Below are positions 11,223 to 24,835 of a stretch of DNA of 64,000 bases, in pieces. The position numbers and the translations under genes were made by a program. Position 1 is the first letter of the stretch. The number at the start of each line of letters is the position of its first letter. Under the pieces are notes generated by a model that saw only the letters and a program-made list of their open reading frames with translations, had not been told where the DNA came from and did not search any database. This DNA is from Chrysomallon squamiferum (taxonomy: Eukaryota; Animalia; Mollusca), in assembly GCA_012295275.1 (NCBI GenBank), contig CM022678.1, forward strand, positions 4,650,001 through 4,714,000. The letters are read 5' to 3'.

Positions 11223-13248
11223 CTTGTTGTCCTTTCCTCGTCCTCAGTGAAATAATGCTTGATGAAATTATGTCGTGTCGTATAGAAAAGACGAGAGACA
11301 CTGAATTCAGAGTTTCTAGCCTCGTTTTGATCTTGTAATCGAACAATGTTTTAAATTAATAATGACAGCAAATACTGTATTTAGAGTAACTCATTGAAAT
11401 TCAAGTGAACAATTACTTTTAAATAATCCATAGGTTGTTGTTCGTGTTATGTTTCACGGAATTGAGCTGATATATACAATAATGCTCTTCATCAGGATCA
11501 TTGGTCTGCGACTACTGAATCCAAGAGATCTAAATCGAATAAAACAATTCGTACGTCCATTAGTTTTGATATACTTCTATAAATCTATAATACTTAATGA
11601 ATTACATTTTAATTTGTACTGAAACAATATTTGAAACTGAAAGTTTGAAAAACAAGCGTTCATTGAATGTATATTTTCTCGTTGAACTGCTCAGTCTATT
11701 ATGAAATGTTACATCGATCGTTCAAAAATTTTAATCGAATGAAAAATTCACTTTATGCTCGAATATCAAGAGAAAGCAAGTTTGAAATATTATCTTTGTA
11801 TGTATACATATTTTTTTGTTTTGTATCTTGAATTAGTATATTTATTCAAGTGTAAATTTACTGTTACTGTTGTCAGTGCAAAACGTGGTACCACAAATTA
11901 AAAATACTGCTGATGTAGAGTACAGAAATGTTGACGAAACCGTCCAATTAAAAGTAAAAAAGTGAAGAGTTATTCTAGGGGAACTGACGTGTAACCAGTT
12001 TGTTCAGTCGCTGTTATTTATTTATGTAATTTGTACTCTAGAGACTGATTCGATATCTTCTCAATGTGAGCTATCGATTTATAACTTTCTAACAGATAAA
12101 AGATGGAATAAACTAATAAATGTTTAATGTTTGTTTGGCGACTCTCCAGTACTAATATTACTGTTTATTATTAAAGATAGATTCTGTAAAGTTAATATAT
12201 TACATAACACAGTGTCGCGGATTTCTAAAATGCTTATTATAACTCGTCATGTTGATTTGTGGTGTAACTGTGTTTTCAGTTCTGTAATCAATTCATTTTA
12301 TTAATCGAGTTCATTTAAAAGGCTTGCATCTATGTTTAGAAGCAAAGTGATCTGCCGATGGATATACGTTTGTTTCATCATGGAAGAATGTGGTAAGCTG
12401 TTGTTTTCTTATTCTGAGATGGTGTAATGTCTAATTAAACTGTCTCAGTAACAGTTATGAAGTTTAACTTGTTAAATCTCTCCTTCGAGGAGAATCTTAT
12501 TTTTATATTGGTTCCCCGGCTGATGTTAATTCACTTTCTCACACGAGATATTCAAATATATTTTATCATAATTTCTGGTATCGCTTATCATTATCTTTCT
12601 CGTGATTAAATAGTAAATGTACCTTAATTTCTGTTTTGCTTATTTCTATAATGCATTTAGAGAACTGGTTTATTCAGTTTATAAATTCCTTGTCAGATGA
12701 CCATTAGTTAAAACATCTTGTTTAATGCTAGACTGAGTCGTGTTAAAATACAGCAGATGTTTGATCAAACTGGAACCATGTTGAAGATAATTCACTTTCT
12801 ACAACGAGACATCATCAAACACTTTTTTGAATGATAATACTCGGTTTACATTTAATACATGGTTGTAATTATTCCAGTTATTTTAGTAAGTATTAATGTT
12901 GTATTGTTTAGGATAAAGGTAAACAGGCACGTACAGATTGTTCTAATTCAACAGTTTCATTCCCTCACTTTACGACATGTTTGATCACGTGATATCCACA
13001 CTTTGCTAGAGAAAATTAGCATCTTTAGAGACTGATTTTCGAAACACTGAGTCCTCTGCTACGATAAAGAAATAAATAAGTAAATAAAACAAATGAATCA
13101 GAGCATAAAGATTTATTAATTAAATTTCAAAACTCAATGAAAGCGAGTCAACACCACTGTGATCGTTATTTTTCTACGTCTTTACGATTAGTTTTCTGAC
13201 ACAGATCTCTCACATGTATCGGTCCACATATTTTGTAATTAATCCGGA

Positions 13249-15123
13249 CTACGGCACGATCTTAGATGGTCTTATTTTCATAACTGCTCCTTTTAGTGGT
13301 TTATACTGTGGTTTTCTCCATGGATACCACCAAACTGAAGTCTTATTAGCCGTCGTTACAAATGTGTACATTCCATTTAGATTGGAGAGAGAACAATGCT
13401 TGTACCACCAAGCTCCTTTATGGTGTAGAGCACAGCTCCAGTTTGCCGTGTCCAGATCTTTGTCTTTCGTAGAGAAATAATAGCCATTAGTAAATGACAG
13501 ACCATCACCTGAAAAATAATGATTAAGAAACATTTAATTATCTACATGTTCTTTAGGCTATACACTAATTTAAGAAAATATCTACTTCTGTCTCTAAATA
13601 ATAAAAAAAAATATATATATCAATATACATTTCTACTGAATATGTGAGCATTAAAATAAATGCATATTTTTTAATAAGTTATTAACGAGTTAACTTTTAT
13701 CACTTTTGTGTTCATCTGTCTATCCATCCGTAAAGAAAACTGAAATAAACTAGTCTGTCTTATAGTACCAACCAGAATAACTGCATCATCACTATTACTA
13801 CTACTACTATTATTACAACAACAACAACGGCTAATAATAATAATGAAGCCAATATTAATAATAAGGTGAAGGTGAAAAAAATTAAATGAAGATGAAGAAA
13901 AAAAAAGAAGAAGAAAAAGGAGAAGAAAAAACAGTAATGGAAAGTTAACATGACATATTATCAAAGTAAATGATAAGAAAAAAGTAATATTATTATGAAC
14001 ACATGTACCAGCAGTTCCACTGTAATTGGCTACTGACAACTGGAAATTCTTTTCTTCTCCTGCTATGGAGAAATTCTTGTAGGAGGCGTAGGCGGTGTTC
14101 CCTTCAAAATCTTCTAAATCTACCCTCAGTTCATAAAGTCCTTGAGTAGTCAGTCTGTGAATATTGGTGTTACCTAATAATAATAATAATAATAATATTA
14201 ATAATAATAATAATATTAATGATAATAATGATCATCATCGGCGTGATGATGATCATAATGATGATATCATGATACGAACAATGATACTTGTGTTGGATGA
14301 CAAATGTGAAAAAATGTTTGAAAATAAAATATTTTCGACCATTTATCTATTTCAATATCCATTTGTATCGAAAAGATAGTCAGGTTTAAACACACCCAGC
14401 CAGAACTCATTGCGTAAATTTCCGAAACCGTCTTTGTATTCATTCCAAGTTCTGTAGAAATCTTCCGATCCGTCAGTTCTTCTCTGTAAAACCTCATTAA
14501 ATAAGGAAAGAGCTGAGTTTGAACTTAGATTGCGCAGTCTTGTCCAAATCGTCATATGATGGCGAAAAATAAAATAAATATATATAAATATACATACAAA
14601 CATATACATACATACATACATACATACATACATACATACATACATACATAAAGTAACAAAGAAGGAAAACAAAAGAAACAAATATAATAATCTGTTGAAT
14701 GTCGACTCTAAGATGTACCCAGATCAGTTAATTAAGAAGCAGAAACTGTGACTACAAATATCCGAATCTGGAGAAATGGCATGCCGTAAAAGATAAATGA
14801 TTCACAACTTAACTTACGGTACACAAACTCTTACCTGATAGGGTTATCATACGAGCAGGCTTATATGTCTGCAGATGTGTTTCTAAGTCGGTTTTGCTCT
14901 AGATAAAGATATTCCTGACTTACCAGCCATCCTCCATTACTAATCTCACAGTAGACACTGATTGGCTTTCCACCGTCACGTGGTTGTACCAAATAAATCC
15001 CATCAGTCTGAATTCCTTTTTTCACGACATCGTAACAGTCAGCAGGTTCATCGTTTTCAACATCTGTAAAATCAATTCACTTTATTCTGAGTAAATATTT
15101 ATCTCTAAAATGCGAACACATAA

Positions 15124-15194
<71 letters not shown>

Positions 15195-15620
15195 ATAATA
15201 ATAATAATAATAATAATAAGAAGAAGAAGAAGAAGAAGAAGAAGAAACAAATTAGGAAGTAGACAAACACAACTGAGAAATGTCATGAAAGAAAGATAAT
15301 AATTTACCGAAACGTCGCATTCCCGAATAATTTTCAAAAGTGGAACGAAAAACATCTTCACCGTATAACAAACAATTGTTGTCAGTGGTCGAATAGAAAA
15401 TACTTCGGCAGCCACGACGATGATAGCAATTTACTGCGCACTGTAATCTTCCTGAGGTGGTCATTTGTTTTAAACTTTGTGATTTGGGTTTTACATCTCG
15501 AAATAATGGTGATTCCTGCAAATTGGTTTCAACGTTGCCAGAAGCTGGACAAACTTCTGAGGCAGCAGTGGAGTCAAACAGGATGAAAATTATGAGTGAT
15601 ATATACTTCACAGACGTCAT
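13249..15620 (-). CDS. Gene A: secreted PAN/Apple + fibrinogen-related domain protein, 324 aa
   Basis: Exons 15620-15308, 15063-14924, 14492-14396, 14173-14009, 13508-13249 (313+140+97+165+260=975 nt), all GT-AG, open frame. Signal peptide, CAVNC..CRSIFY..CLL PAN motif, and FReD motifs DC, VYC, QRR.DGS.DF, GFG, EFWLG, FSTKDKD, GAWWY, NLNG, MKIRP. Confidence 0.92.
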
Positions 15621-17683
15621 ATTTGATGAAGTTGTTGTTGTCGTCTTCGAAGGCGTTATACTTGCTGTCCTTTCCTTCGTCCTCAGTGAAATAATGCTTG
15701 ATGAAATTATGTCGTGTATAGAAAAGACGAGAGACACTAAGAGTTTCTAGCCTCGTTTTGATCTGGTAATCGAACAATGTTTTAAATTATTAATGACATC
15801 AAATACTGTATTTAGAGTAACTCACTGAAATTCAAATGAATCATCACTTTTAAATAATACAGAGGTTGTTGTTCGTGTTATGTTTCACGGGAATTGAGCT
15901 GATATATACAATAATGCTCTTCATCATGATCATTGGTCTGCGACTACTGAACCCAAGAGATTTAAATCAAATAAAACAATTCGTACGTCCATTACTTTTG
16001 ATATACTTCTATAAATCTATAATACTTAATGAATTACATTTTAATTCAAGTGTTAGAAACAATATTTGTACTGAAAGTTTGAGAAAACAAGCGTTCATTG
16101 AATGTATATTTTCTCGTTGAACTGCTCAGTCTATTACGAAATGTTACATCTATCTTCACCATTTTTTAATCTAATGAAAAATTCACTTTATGCTCGAATA
16201 TCAAGAGAAAGCAAGTTTAAAATATTATCTTTGTATGTATACATATTTTTTTCTGTAGGTCTGTATCTGTAAACGCATGAATGAGTATATTTATTCAAGT
16301 GTAAATTTACTGTTACTGTTGTCAGTGCAAAACGTGGTACCACAAATTAAAAATACTGCTGACGTAGAGTACAGAAATGTTGACTGAAACCGTCCAATTA
16401 AACGTAAAAAAGTTGAAGAGTTATTCTAGGGTAACTGAGGTGTAACCAGTTTGTTCGGTCGCTGTTTTTTATTTATGTAATTTATACTCTAGAGACTGAT
16501 TCGATGTCTTCTCAATGTGAGCTATCGATTTATAACTTTCTAACAGATAAAAGGTGCAATTAACTAATACATGTTTAATGTTTGTTTGGCGACTCTGCAG
16601 TACTCAGATTACTGTTTATTATTAAAGATAGATTCTGTAAAGTTAATATGATGCAAAACACAGTTTAGCAGATTTGTAATTATTCTAACTCGTAATTTTG
16701 ATTTGTGGTGTAACTATGTTTTCAGTTCTGTAATCAATTCATTTTATTAATCGAGTTGATTTAAAAGGCTTGCATCTATGTTTAGAAGCAAAGTGATCTG
16801 CCGATGGATATACGTTTGTTTCGTCATGGAAGAATGTTGTAAGCTGTTGTTTTCTTATTCTGAGATGGTGTAATGTCTAATTAAACTGTCTCAGTAACAA
16901 TTGTGAAGTTTAACTTGTTAAATCTCTCCTTCGAGGAGAATCTTATTTTTATATTGGTTCCCCGGCTGATGTTAATTCACTTTCTCACAAGAGATATTCA
17001 AATATATTTTATCATAATTTACAGTGTCGCTTATTATTCACTTTCTTGTAAATGTACCTTAATTTCTTTTTTGCTTATTTCTATAATGCATTTAGAGAAC
17101 TGGTTTATTCAGTTTATAAATTCCTTGTCAGATGACCATTAATTAAAAACATCTTGTTTAGTGCTAGACTGAGTCGTGTTAAAATACAGCAGATGTTTGA
17201 CAAAACTGGACGCATGTTGAAGGTAATTCACTTTTTACTACGAGACATCATCAAACACTTTTTGAATGATAATACTCGGTTTACATTTAATACATGGTTG
17301 TAATTATTCCAGGTATTTTAGTAAGTATTACTGTTGTATTGTTTCGGATAAAGGTAAAGAGGCACGTACAGATTGTTCTAACTTAACAATTGTATTCCTA
17401 CACTTTACGAGACGTTAGATCACGTGATATCCACACTTTGCTAGAGAAAATTAGCATCTTTAGAGACTGATTTTCGAAAGACTGAGTCCTCTGCTATGAT
17501 AAAAAAATAAATAAAGAAATAAAACAAATGAATCAGAGCATAAAGATTTATTAATTAAATTTCAAAACTCAATGAAAGCGAGTCAACACCACTGTGATCG
17601 TTATTTTTCTACGTCTTTACGATTAGTTTTCTGACACAGATCTCTCAGATGTATCGGTCCACATATTTTGTAATTAGTCCGGA

Positions 17684-18618
17684 CTACGGCACGATCTTAG
17701 ATGGTCTTATTTTCATAACTGCTCCTTTTACTGGTTGATACCATTGTTTTCTCCATTGATGCCACCAAACTGAAGTCTTATCAGCCGTCGTTACATATCT
17801 GTAATTTCCATTTAGATTGGCGCCAGAACAATGCTCGTACCACCAAGCTCCTTGATAGTCTACAGCACAGTTCCGACTTGCCGTGTCCACATCTTTGTCT
17901 TTCGTAGAGAAATAACAGCCATTAGTAAATGAGAGACCATCACCTGAAAAATAATGATTAAGAAACATTTTATTATCTACATGTTCTTTAGTCTATACAC
18001 TAATTTAAGAAAATATCTACTTCTGTCTCTACATAATAAAAAAAAAAAATATATATCAATATACATTTCTACTGAATATGTGAGCATTAAAATAAATGCG
18101 TATTTTTTAATAAGTTATTAACGAGTTAACTTTTATCACTTTTGTGTTCATCTGTCTATCCATCCGTAAAGAAAACTGAAATAAACTAGTCTCTCTTATA
18201 ATGACAAGCAGAATAACTGCATCATCACTATTACTACTACTACTATTATTACAACAACAACAACAGCAACAACAACAACAGCTAAATATGATAATAATAC
18301 TGCCAATAATAATAAAAAGGAGAAGGTGAAAAAAATAAAATGAAGCTGACAAAAAAAGAAGAAGAACAAAAAAACCAGTAATCGAAAGTTAACATCACAT
18401 ATCATCAAAGTAAATGATAAGAAAAAAGTAATATTATTATGAACACATGTACCAGCAGTTCCACTGTAATTGGCTATAGACAACTGGAAGTTATTTTCTT
18501 CTCCTGCTATGGAGAAATTCTTGTAGGAGGCATAGCCCGAGTATCCTTCAAAATCTTCTAAATCTACCCTCAGTTCATAAAGTCCTTGAGTAGTCAGTCT
18601 GTGAATATTGGTGTTACC

Positions 18619-18658
<40 letters not shown>

Positions 18659-19594
18659 TATGATAATGCTTATAATGATCATCATCAGTGTGATGATGAT
18701 GATAATGATAATATCAATACGAACAGCGATACTTGTGTTGGAACAAATGTGACACAAACTGCGAATATAAGTTATATTTTCATTAAAAAAACATTTATCT
18801 ATTTCAGTATCAATTTGCATCAACAGGCCAGTCTCTCGAAAAGATAATCAGGTTTAAACATACCCAGCCAGAACTCATTGCTTAAATTTCCGAAACCGTC
18901 TTTGTATTCATTCCAAGTTCTGTAGAAATCTTCCGATCCGTCAGTTCTTCTCTGTAAAACCTCATTAAATAAGGAAACAGGTGAGTATGAACTTAGATTG
19001 CGCAGTCTTGTCCAAACCGTCATATGATGGCGAGATATTAAACAATATATATATATATACACACAAACATACATACCTACATACATACATACATACATAC
19101 ATACATACATACATACATAAAGTAACAAAGAAGGAAAACAAAAGAAACAAATATAATAATCTGTTGAATGTCGACTCTAAGATGTACCCAGATCAGTTAA
19201 TTAAGAAGCAGAACCTGTGACTACAAATATCCGAATCTGGAGAAATGGCATGCCGTAAAAGATAAATGATTCACAACTTAACTTACGGTACACAAACTCT
19301 TACCTGATAGGGTTATCATACGAGCAGGCTTATATGTCTGCAGATGTGTTTCTAAGTCGGTTTTTGTCTAGATAAAGATATTCCTGACTTACCAGCCATC
19401 CTCCATTACTAATCTCACAGAAGACACTGACTGGCTTTCCACCGTCACGTGGTTGTACCAAATAAATCCCATCAGTCTGAATTCCTTTTTTCACGACATC
19501 GTAACAGTCAGCAGGTTCATCGTTTTCAACATCTGTAAAATCAATTCACTGTATTCTGAGTAAATATTTATCTCTAAAATGCGAACACATAATC

Positions 19595-19669
<75 letters not shown>

Positions 19670-20080
19670 ATAATAATAATAATAATAAGAAGAAGAAGAA
19701 GAAGAAACAAATTAGGAAGAAGACAAACACAACTGAGAAATGTCATGAAAGAAAGATAATAATTTACCGAAACGTCGCATTCCCGAATAATTTTCAAAAG
19801 TGGAACGAAAAACTTCTTCACCGTATAACAAACAATTGTTGTCAGTGGTCGAATAGAAAATACTTCGGCAGCCACGACGATGATAGCAATTTACTGCGCA
19901 CTGTAATCTTCCTGAGGTGGTCATTTGTTTTAAACTTTGTGATTTGGGTTTTACATCTCGAAATAATGGTGATTCCTGCAAATTGGTTTCAACGTTGCCA
20001 GAAGCTGGACAAACTTCTGAGGCAGCAGTGGAGTCAACCAGGATGAAAATTATGAGTGATATATACTTCACAGACGTCAT
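17684..20080 (-). CDS. Gene B: PAN + FReD protein, 324 aa
   Basis: Exons 20080-19768, 19532-19393, 18960-18864, 18617-18453, 17943-17684; same exon sizes and phases as gene A. Confidence 0.92.
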
Positions 20081-22154
20081 ATTTGATGAAGTTGTTGTTG
20101 TCGTCTTCGAAGGCGTTATACTTGCTGTCCTTTCCTTCGTCCTCAGTGAAATAATGCTTGATGAAATTATGTCGTGTATAGAAAAGACGAGAGACACTAA
20201 GAGTTTCTAGCCTTGTTTTGATCTGGTAATCGAACAATGTTTTAAATTATTAATAAGAGCAAATACTGTATTTAGAGTAACTCATTGAAATTCAAATGAA
20301 TCATTACTTTTAAATAATCCATAGGTTGTTGTTCGTGTTATGTTTCACGAGAATTGTGCTGATCTATACAATAATGCAATTCATCAGGACCATTGGTCTG
20401 CGACTACTGAACCCAAGAGATTTAAATCGAATAAAACAATTCGTACGTCCATTACTTTTGATATACTTCTATAAATCTATAGTACTTAATGAATTACATT
20501 TTAATTCAAGTGTTAGAAACAATATTTGTACTGAAAGTTTGAGAAAACAAGCGTTCATTGAATGTATATTTTCTCGTTGAACTGCTCAGTCTATTACGAA
20601 GTGTTACATCTATATTCACCATTTTTTAATCTAATAAAAAATTCACTTTATGCTCGAATATCAAGAGAAAGCAAGTTTGAAATATCATCTTTGTATGTAT
20701 ACATATTTTTTCTGTAGGTTTGTATCTATAAACGCATGAATGAGTATATTTATTCAAATGTAAGTTTACTGTTACTGTTGTCAGTGCAACACGTGATACC
20801 ACAAATTAAAAATACTGCTGATGTAGAGTACAGAAATGTTAACACAAACCGTCGAATTAAAAGTAAAAAAGTGAAGAGTTATTCTAGGGGAACTGACGTG
20901 TAACCAGATTGTTCAGTCGCTGTTATTTATTTATGTAATCTGTACTCTAGAGACTGATTCGATAACTTCTAAATGTGAGCTATCGATTTATAACTCTCTA
21001 ACAGATAAAAGGTGCAATTAACTAATAAATGTTTAATGTTTGTTTGGCGACTCTCCAGTACTAAGATTGCTGTTTATTATTAAAGATAGATTCTGTAAAG
21101 TTAATATAATACATAACACAGTGTCGCGGATTTCTAAGATGCTTATTATAACTCGTAATGTTGATTTGTGGTGTAACTGTGTTTTCAGTTCTGTAATCAG
21201 TTCATTTTATTAATCGAGTTGATTTAAAAGGCTTGCATCTAAGTTTAGAAGCAAAGTGATCTGCCGATGGATATACGTTTGTTTCGTCATGGAAGAATGT
21301 GGTAAGCTGTTGTTTTCTTATTCTGAGAGGGTGTAATGTCTAATTAAACTGTCTCAGTAACAATTGTGAAGTTTAACTTGTTAAATCTCCCCTTCGAGGA
21401 GAATCTTATTTTTATATTGGTTCCCCGGCTGATGTTAATTCACTTTCTCACACGAGATATTCAAATATATTTTATCATAATTTGTAATATCGATTATCAT
21501 TATCTTTGTCGTGATTAAATAGTAAATATACCTTAATTTGTTTTGTGTTTATTTATCTAGTGTATTGATATAACTGGTTTATACAGTTTATAAATTCCTT
21601 GTCAGATGACCATTAATTAAAAACATCTGTTAACTGCTAGACTGAGGCGTCTTAAAATACAGCAGATGTTTGATCAAACTGGACCCATGTTGAAGATAAT
21701 TCAGTTTGTACTACGAGACATCATCAAACACTTTTTGAATGATATTACTCGGTTTACATTTAATATATGACTGTAATTATTCCAGTTATTTTAGAAAGTA
21801 TTAATGTTGTATTGTTTCGGATAAAGGTAAAGAGGCACGTAGAGATTGTTCTAACAGAACAGTTTCATTCCTTCACTTTACGACATGTTTGATCACGTGA
21901 TATCCACACTTTGCTAGATAAAATAAGCATGTTTAGAGACTGATTTTCGAAAGACTGAGTCCTCTGCTACGATAACAAAATATAAGTAAATAAAACAAAT
22001 GAATTAGAGCATAAAGATTTATTAATTAAATTTCACTGCTCAATGAAAGCGAGTCATCTCCACCTTGATCGTTATTTTTCTATGTCTCTGAGATTAGTTT
22101 TCTGACACAGATCTCTCACATGAATCGGTTCACATATTTTATAATTAATCCGGA

Positions 22155-23549
22155 CTATGGCATGATCACAGATGGTCTTATTTTCATAACTGCTCCTTTT
22201 AGTGGTTGACACCATCCTTTTCTCCATGCATACCACCAAACTGAAGTCTTATTAGCCGTCATTACATATGTGTACTTTCCATTTAGATTGGATTGAGAAC
22301 AACGGTCGTACCACCAAGCTCCTTGATGAAACATAGCACAGTTGAAGTGTGACCTGTCCAGATCTTTGTCTTTTGTACTGAAATAACAGCCATTTTGATA
22401 TGAGAGACCATTACCTGAAAAATAGTGATTAAATAACATTTTATTATCTTCATGTTATTTAGGCAACACACTAATCAACGAAAATGCCTACATCTCTCTG
22501 TACATAATAAAAAATATATACATATCAATACAAAAATTTTCTGAATGTCTGAGTGCTAAAATAACTGCATAAATTTTTATAAGTTGTTAACTAGTTAACT
22601 GTTACCACTTTTGTGTTTATCTGTCTATCCATCCGTAATGAAAACCTCAATAAAATAGTCTGTCTTATAATAACAACCAGAATAACTGCATCATCACTAT
22701 TACTACTACTACTATCATTACAACAACAACAGCAGCAACAACAACAACAGCTAAATATGATATTAATACTGCCAATAATAATAAAAAGGAGAAGGTGAAA
22801 AAAATAAAATGTAGCTGACAAAAAAAGAAGAAGAACAAAAAAAACAGTAATCGAAAGTTAACATCACATATCATCAAAGTAAATGATAAGAAAAAAGTAA
22901 TATTATTATGAACACATGTACCAGCAGTTCCACTGTAATTGGCAACTGACAACTGGAAATTCTTTTCTTCTCCTGCTATGGAGAAATTCTTGTAGGAGGC
23001 GTAGCCCGAGTATCCTTCAAAATCTTCTAAATCTACCCTCAGTTCATAAAGTCCTTGAGTAGTCAGTCTGTGAATATTGGTGTTACCTAATAATAATAAT
23101 AATAATAATAAATAATATGATGATGATGCTTATAATGATGATCATCAGTGTGATGATGATGATAATATCAATACGAACAGCGATACTTGTGTTGGAAGAA
23201 ATGTGACACAAACTGCGAATATAAGTTATATTTTCATTAAAAAAACATTTATCTATTTCAGTATCAATTTGCATCAACAGGCCAGTGTCTCGAAAAGATA
23301 ATCAAGTTTAAACATACCCAGCCAGAACTCATTGCGTAAATTTCCGAAACCGTCTTTGTATTCATTCCAAGTTCTGTAGAAATCTTCCGATCCGTCAGTT
23401 CTTCTCTGTAAAACCTCATTAAATAAGGAAACAGGTGAGTATGAACTTAGATTGCGCAGTCTTGTCCAAATCGTCATATGATGGCGAGATATTAAACAAT
23501 ATATATATATACACACACACATACATACACACATACATACATACATACA

Positions 23550-23581
<32 letters not shown>

Positions 23582-24276
23582 CATACATACATACATAAAG
23601 TAACAAAGAAGGAAAACAAAAGAAACAAATATAATAATCTGTTGAATGTCGACTCTAAGATGTACCCAGATCAGTTAATTAAGAAGCAGAAACTGTGACT
23701 ACAAATCTCCGAATCTGGAGAAATGGCATGCCGTAAAAGATAAATGATTCACAACTTAACTTACGGTACACAGACTCTTACCTGATAGGGTTATCATACG
23801 AGCAGGCTTATATGTCTGTAAACGTGTTTCTAAGTCGGTTTTTGTCTAGATAAAGATATTCCTGACTTACCAGCCATCCTCCATTACTAATCTCACAGTA
23901 GACACTGATTGGCTTTCCACCGTCACGTGGTTGTACCAAATAAATCCCATTAGTCTGAATTCCTTTTTTGACGACATCGTAACAGTCAGCAGGTACATCG
24001 TTTTCAACATCTGCAAAAACAATTCACTGTATTCTGTGTAAATATTTATATCTAAAATGCGAACACCTAATAATAATAATCATAAGAGGAAGAAGAAGAA
24101 GAAAAAGAAGAAGAAGAAGAAGAAAAGAAGAAGAAGAATTCCTTACTTCACGACATCATCGATCAATCAGCAAGTACAACATCTGTAATCAGAAATCAGT
24201 ATTCTGAACATGTATTCTGAACAGTGTATTCTGAAATGTTTCTAGGTAAATACAACCATATAATAATAATAAAGAA

Positions 24277-24346
<70 letters not shown>

Positions 24347-24363
24347 TAATAATTATGATGATG

Positions 24364-24394
<31 letters not shown>

Positions 24395-24835
24395 GAAGAA
24401 GAAGAAGAAGAAGAAAGAAAAGGAAGAAAAAGAAGAAGAAGAAGAAGAAGAAGAAGAAGAAATAAATCGAGAAATGTTATGAAAGAAAGATAATAATTTA
24501 CCGAAACGTCGCATTCCCGAATAATTTTCAAATGTCGAACGAAAAACATCTTCACCGTATAACAAACAATTGTTGTCAGTGGTCGAATAGAAAATACTTC
24601 GACAGTCGGAAAGGCGATTACACTGTATAGCACACTCTAATGGTGTTGAAGTTGTCATTTCTTTTATGCCTTGGATGTTGGGTTTTACGTTCTGAAACAA
24701 TCGTGATTCATGAAAGAAAGTTTGTACGGAGCCAGAAGCGGAACAGACATCTGAGGCAGCTGTTGTCTTAAACAGGATGAAAATAATGACTGCAAAGTCC
24801 TTCAGGAGAAACACACTAGAAGTCAGAGAAATCAT
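22155..24835 (-). CDS. Gene C: PAN + FReD protein, 331 aa, with a different exon-1 type
   Basis: Exons 24835-24502 (334 nt, [14 protein letters not shown]...), 24010-23871, 23414-23318, 23086-22922, 22414-22155; open frame. Confidence 0.9.

Larger units (their letters stand above)
11223..24070. repeat. Tandem array of ~4.45-kb gene-plus-flank units
   Basis: The same 5'UTR/flank starts at ~11223, ~15662 and ~20122; stop codons at 13249, 17684 and 22155 (spacing 4435 and 4471). Confidence 0.92.

Noticed and set aside
13249-15620. Assigning symbols such as FCN, MFAP4, ANGPT or TL5A
   Set aside because: Similarity is limited to the shared FReD; the architecture differs and orthology is unsupported.
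15621-15737. N-terminal extensions in the ORF track (MSLVFSIH..., MISLKKST..., MPTT...)
   Set aside because: They start at GTG/TTG codons; the conserved ATG directly before the signal peptide is the plausible eukaryotic start.
15866-17142. Recurring flank ORFs (MLFVLCF..., MKFNLLNL...)
   Set aside because: They recur only because the unit is duplicated, mostly use non-ATG starts, and are broken by indels in other copies.
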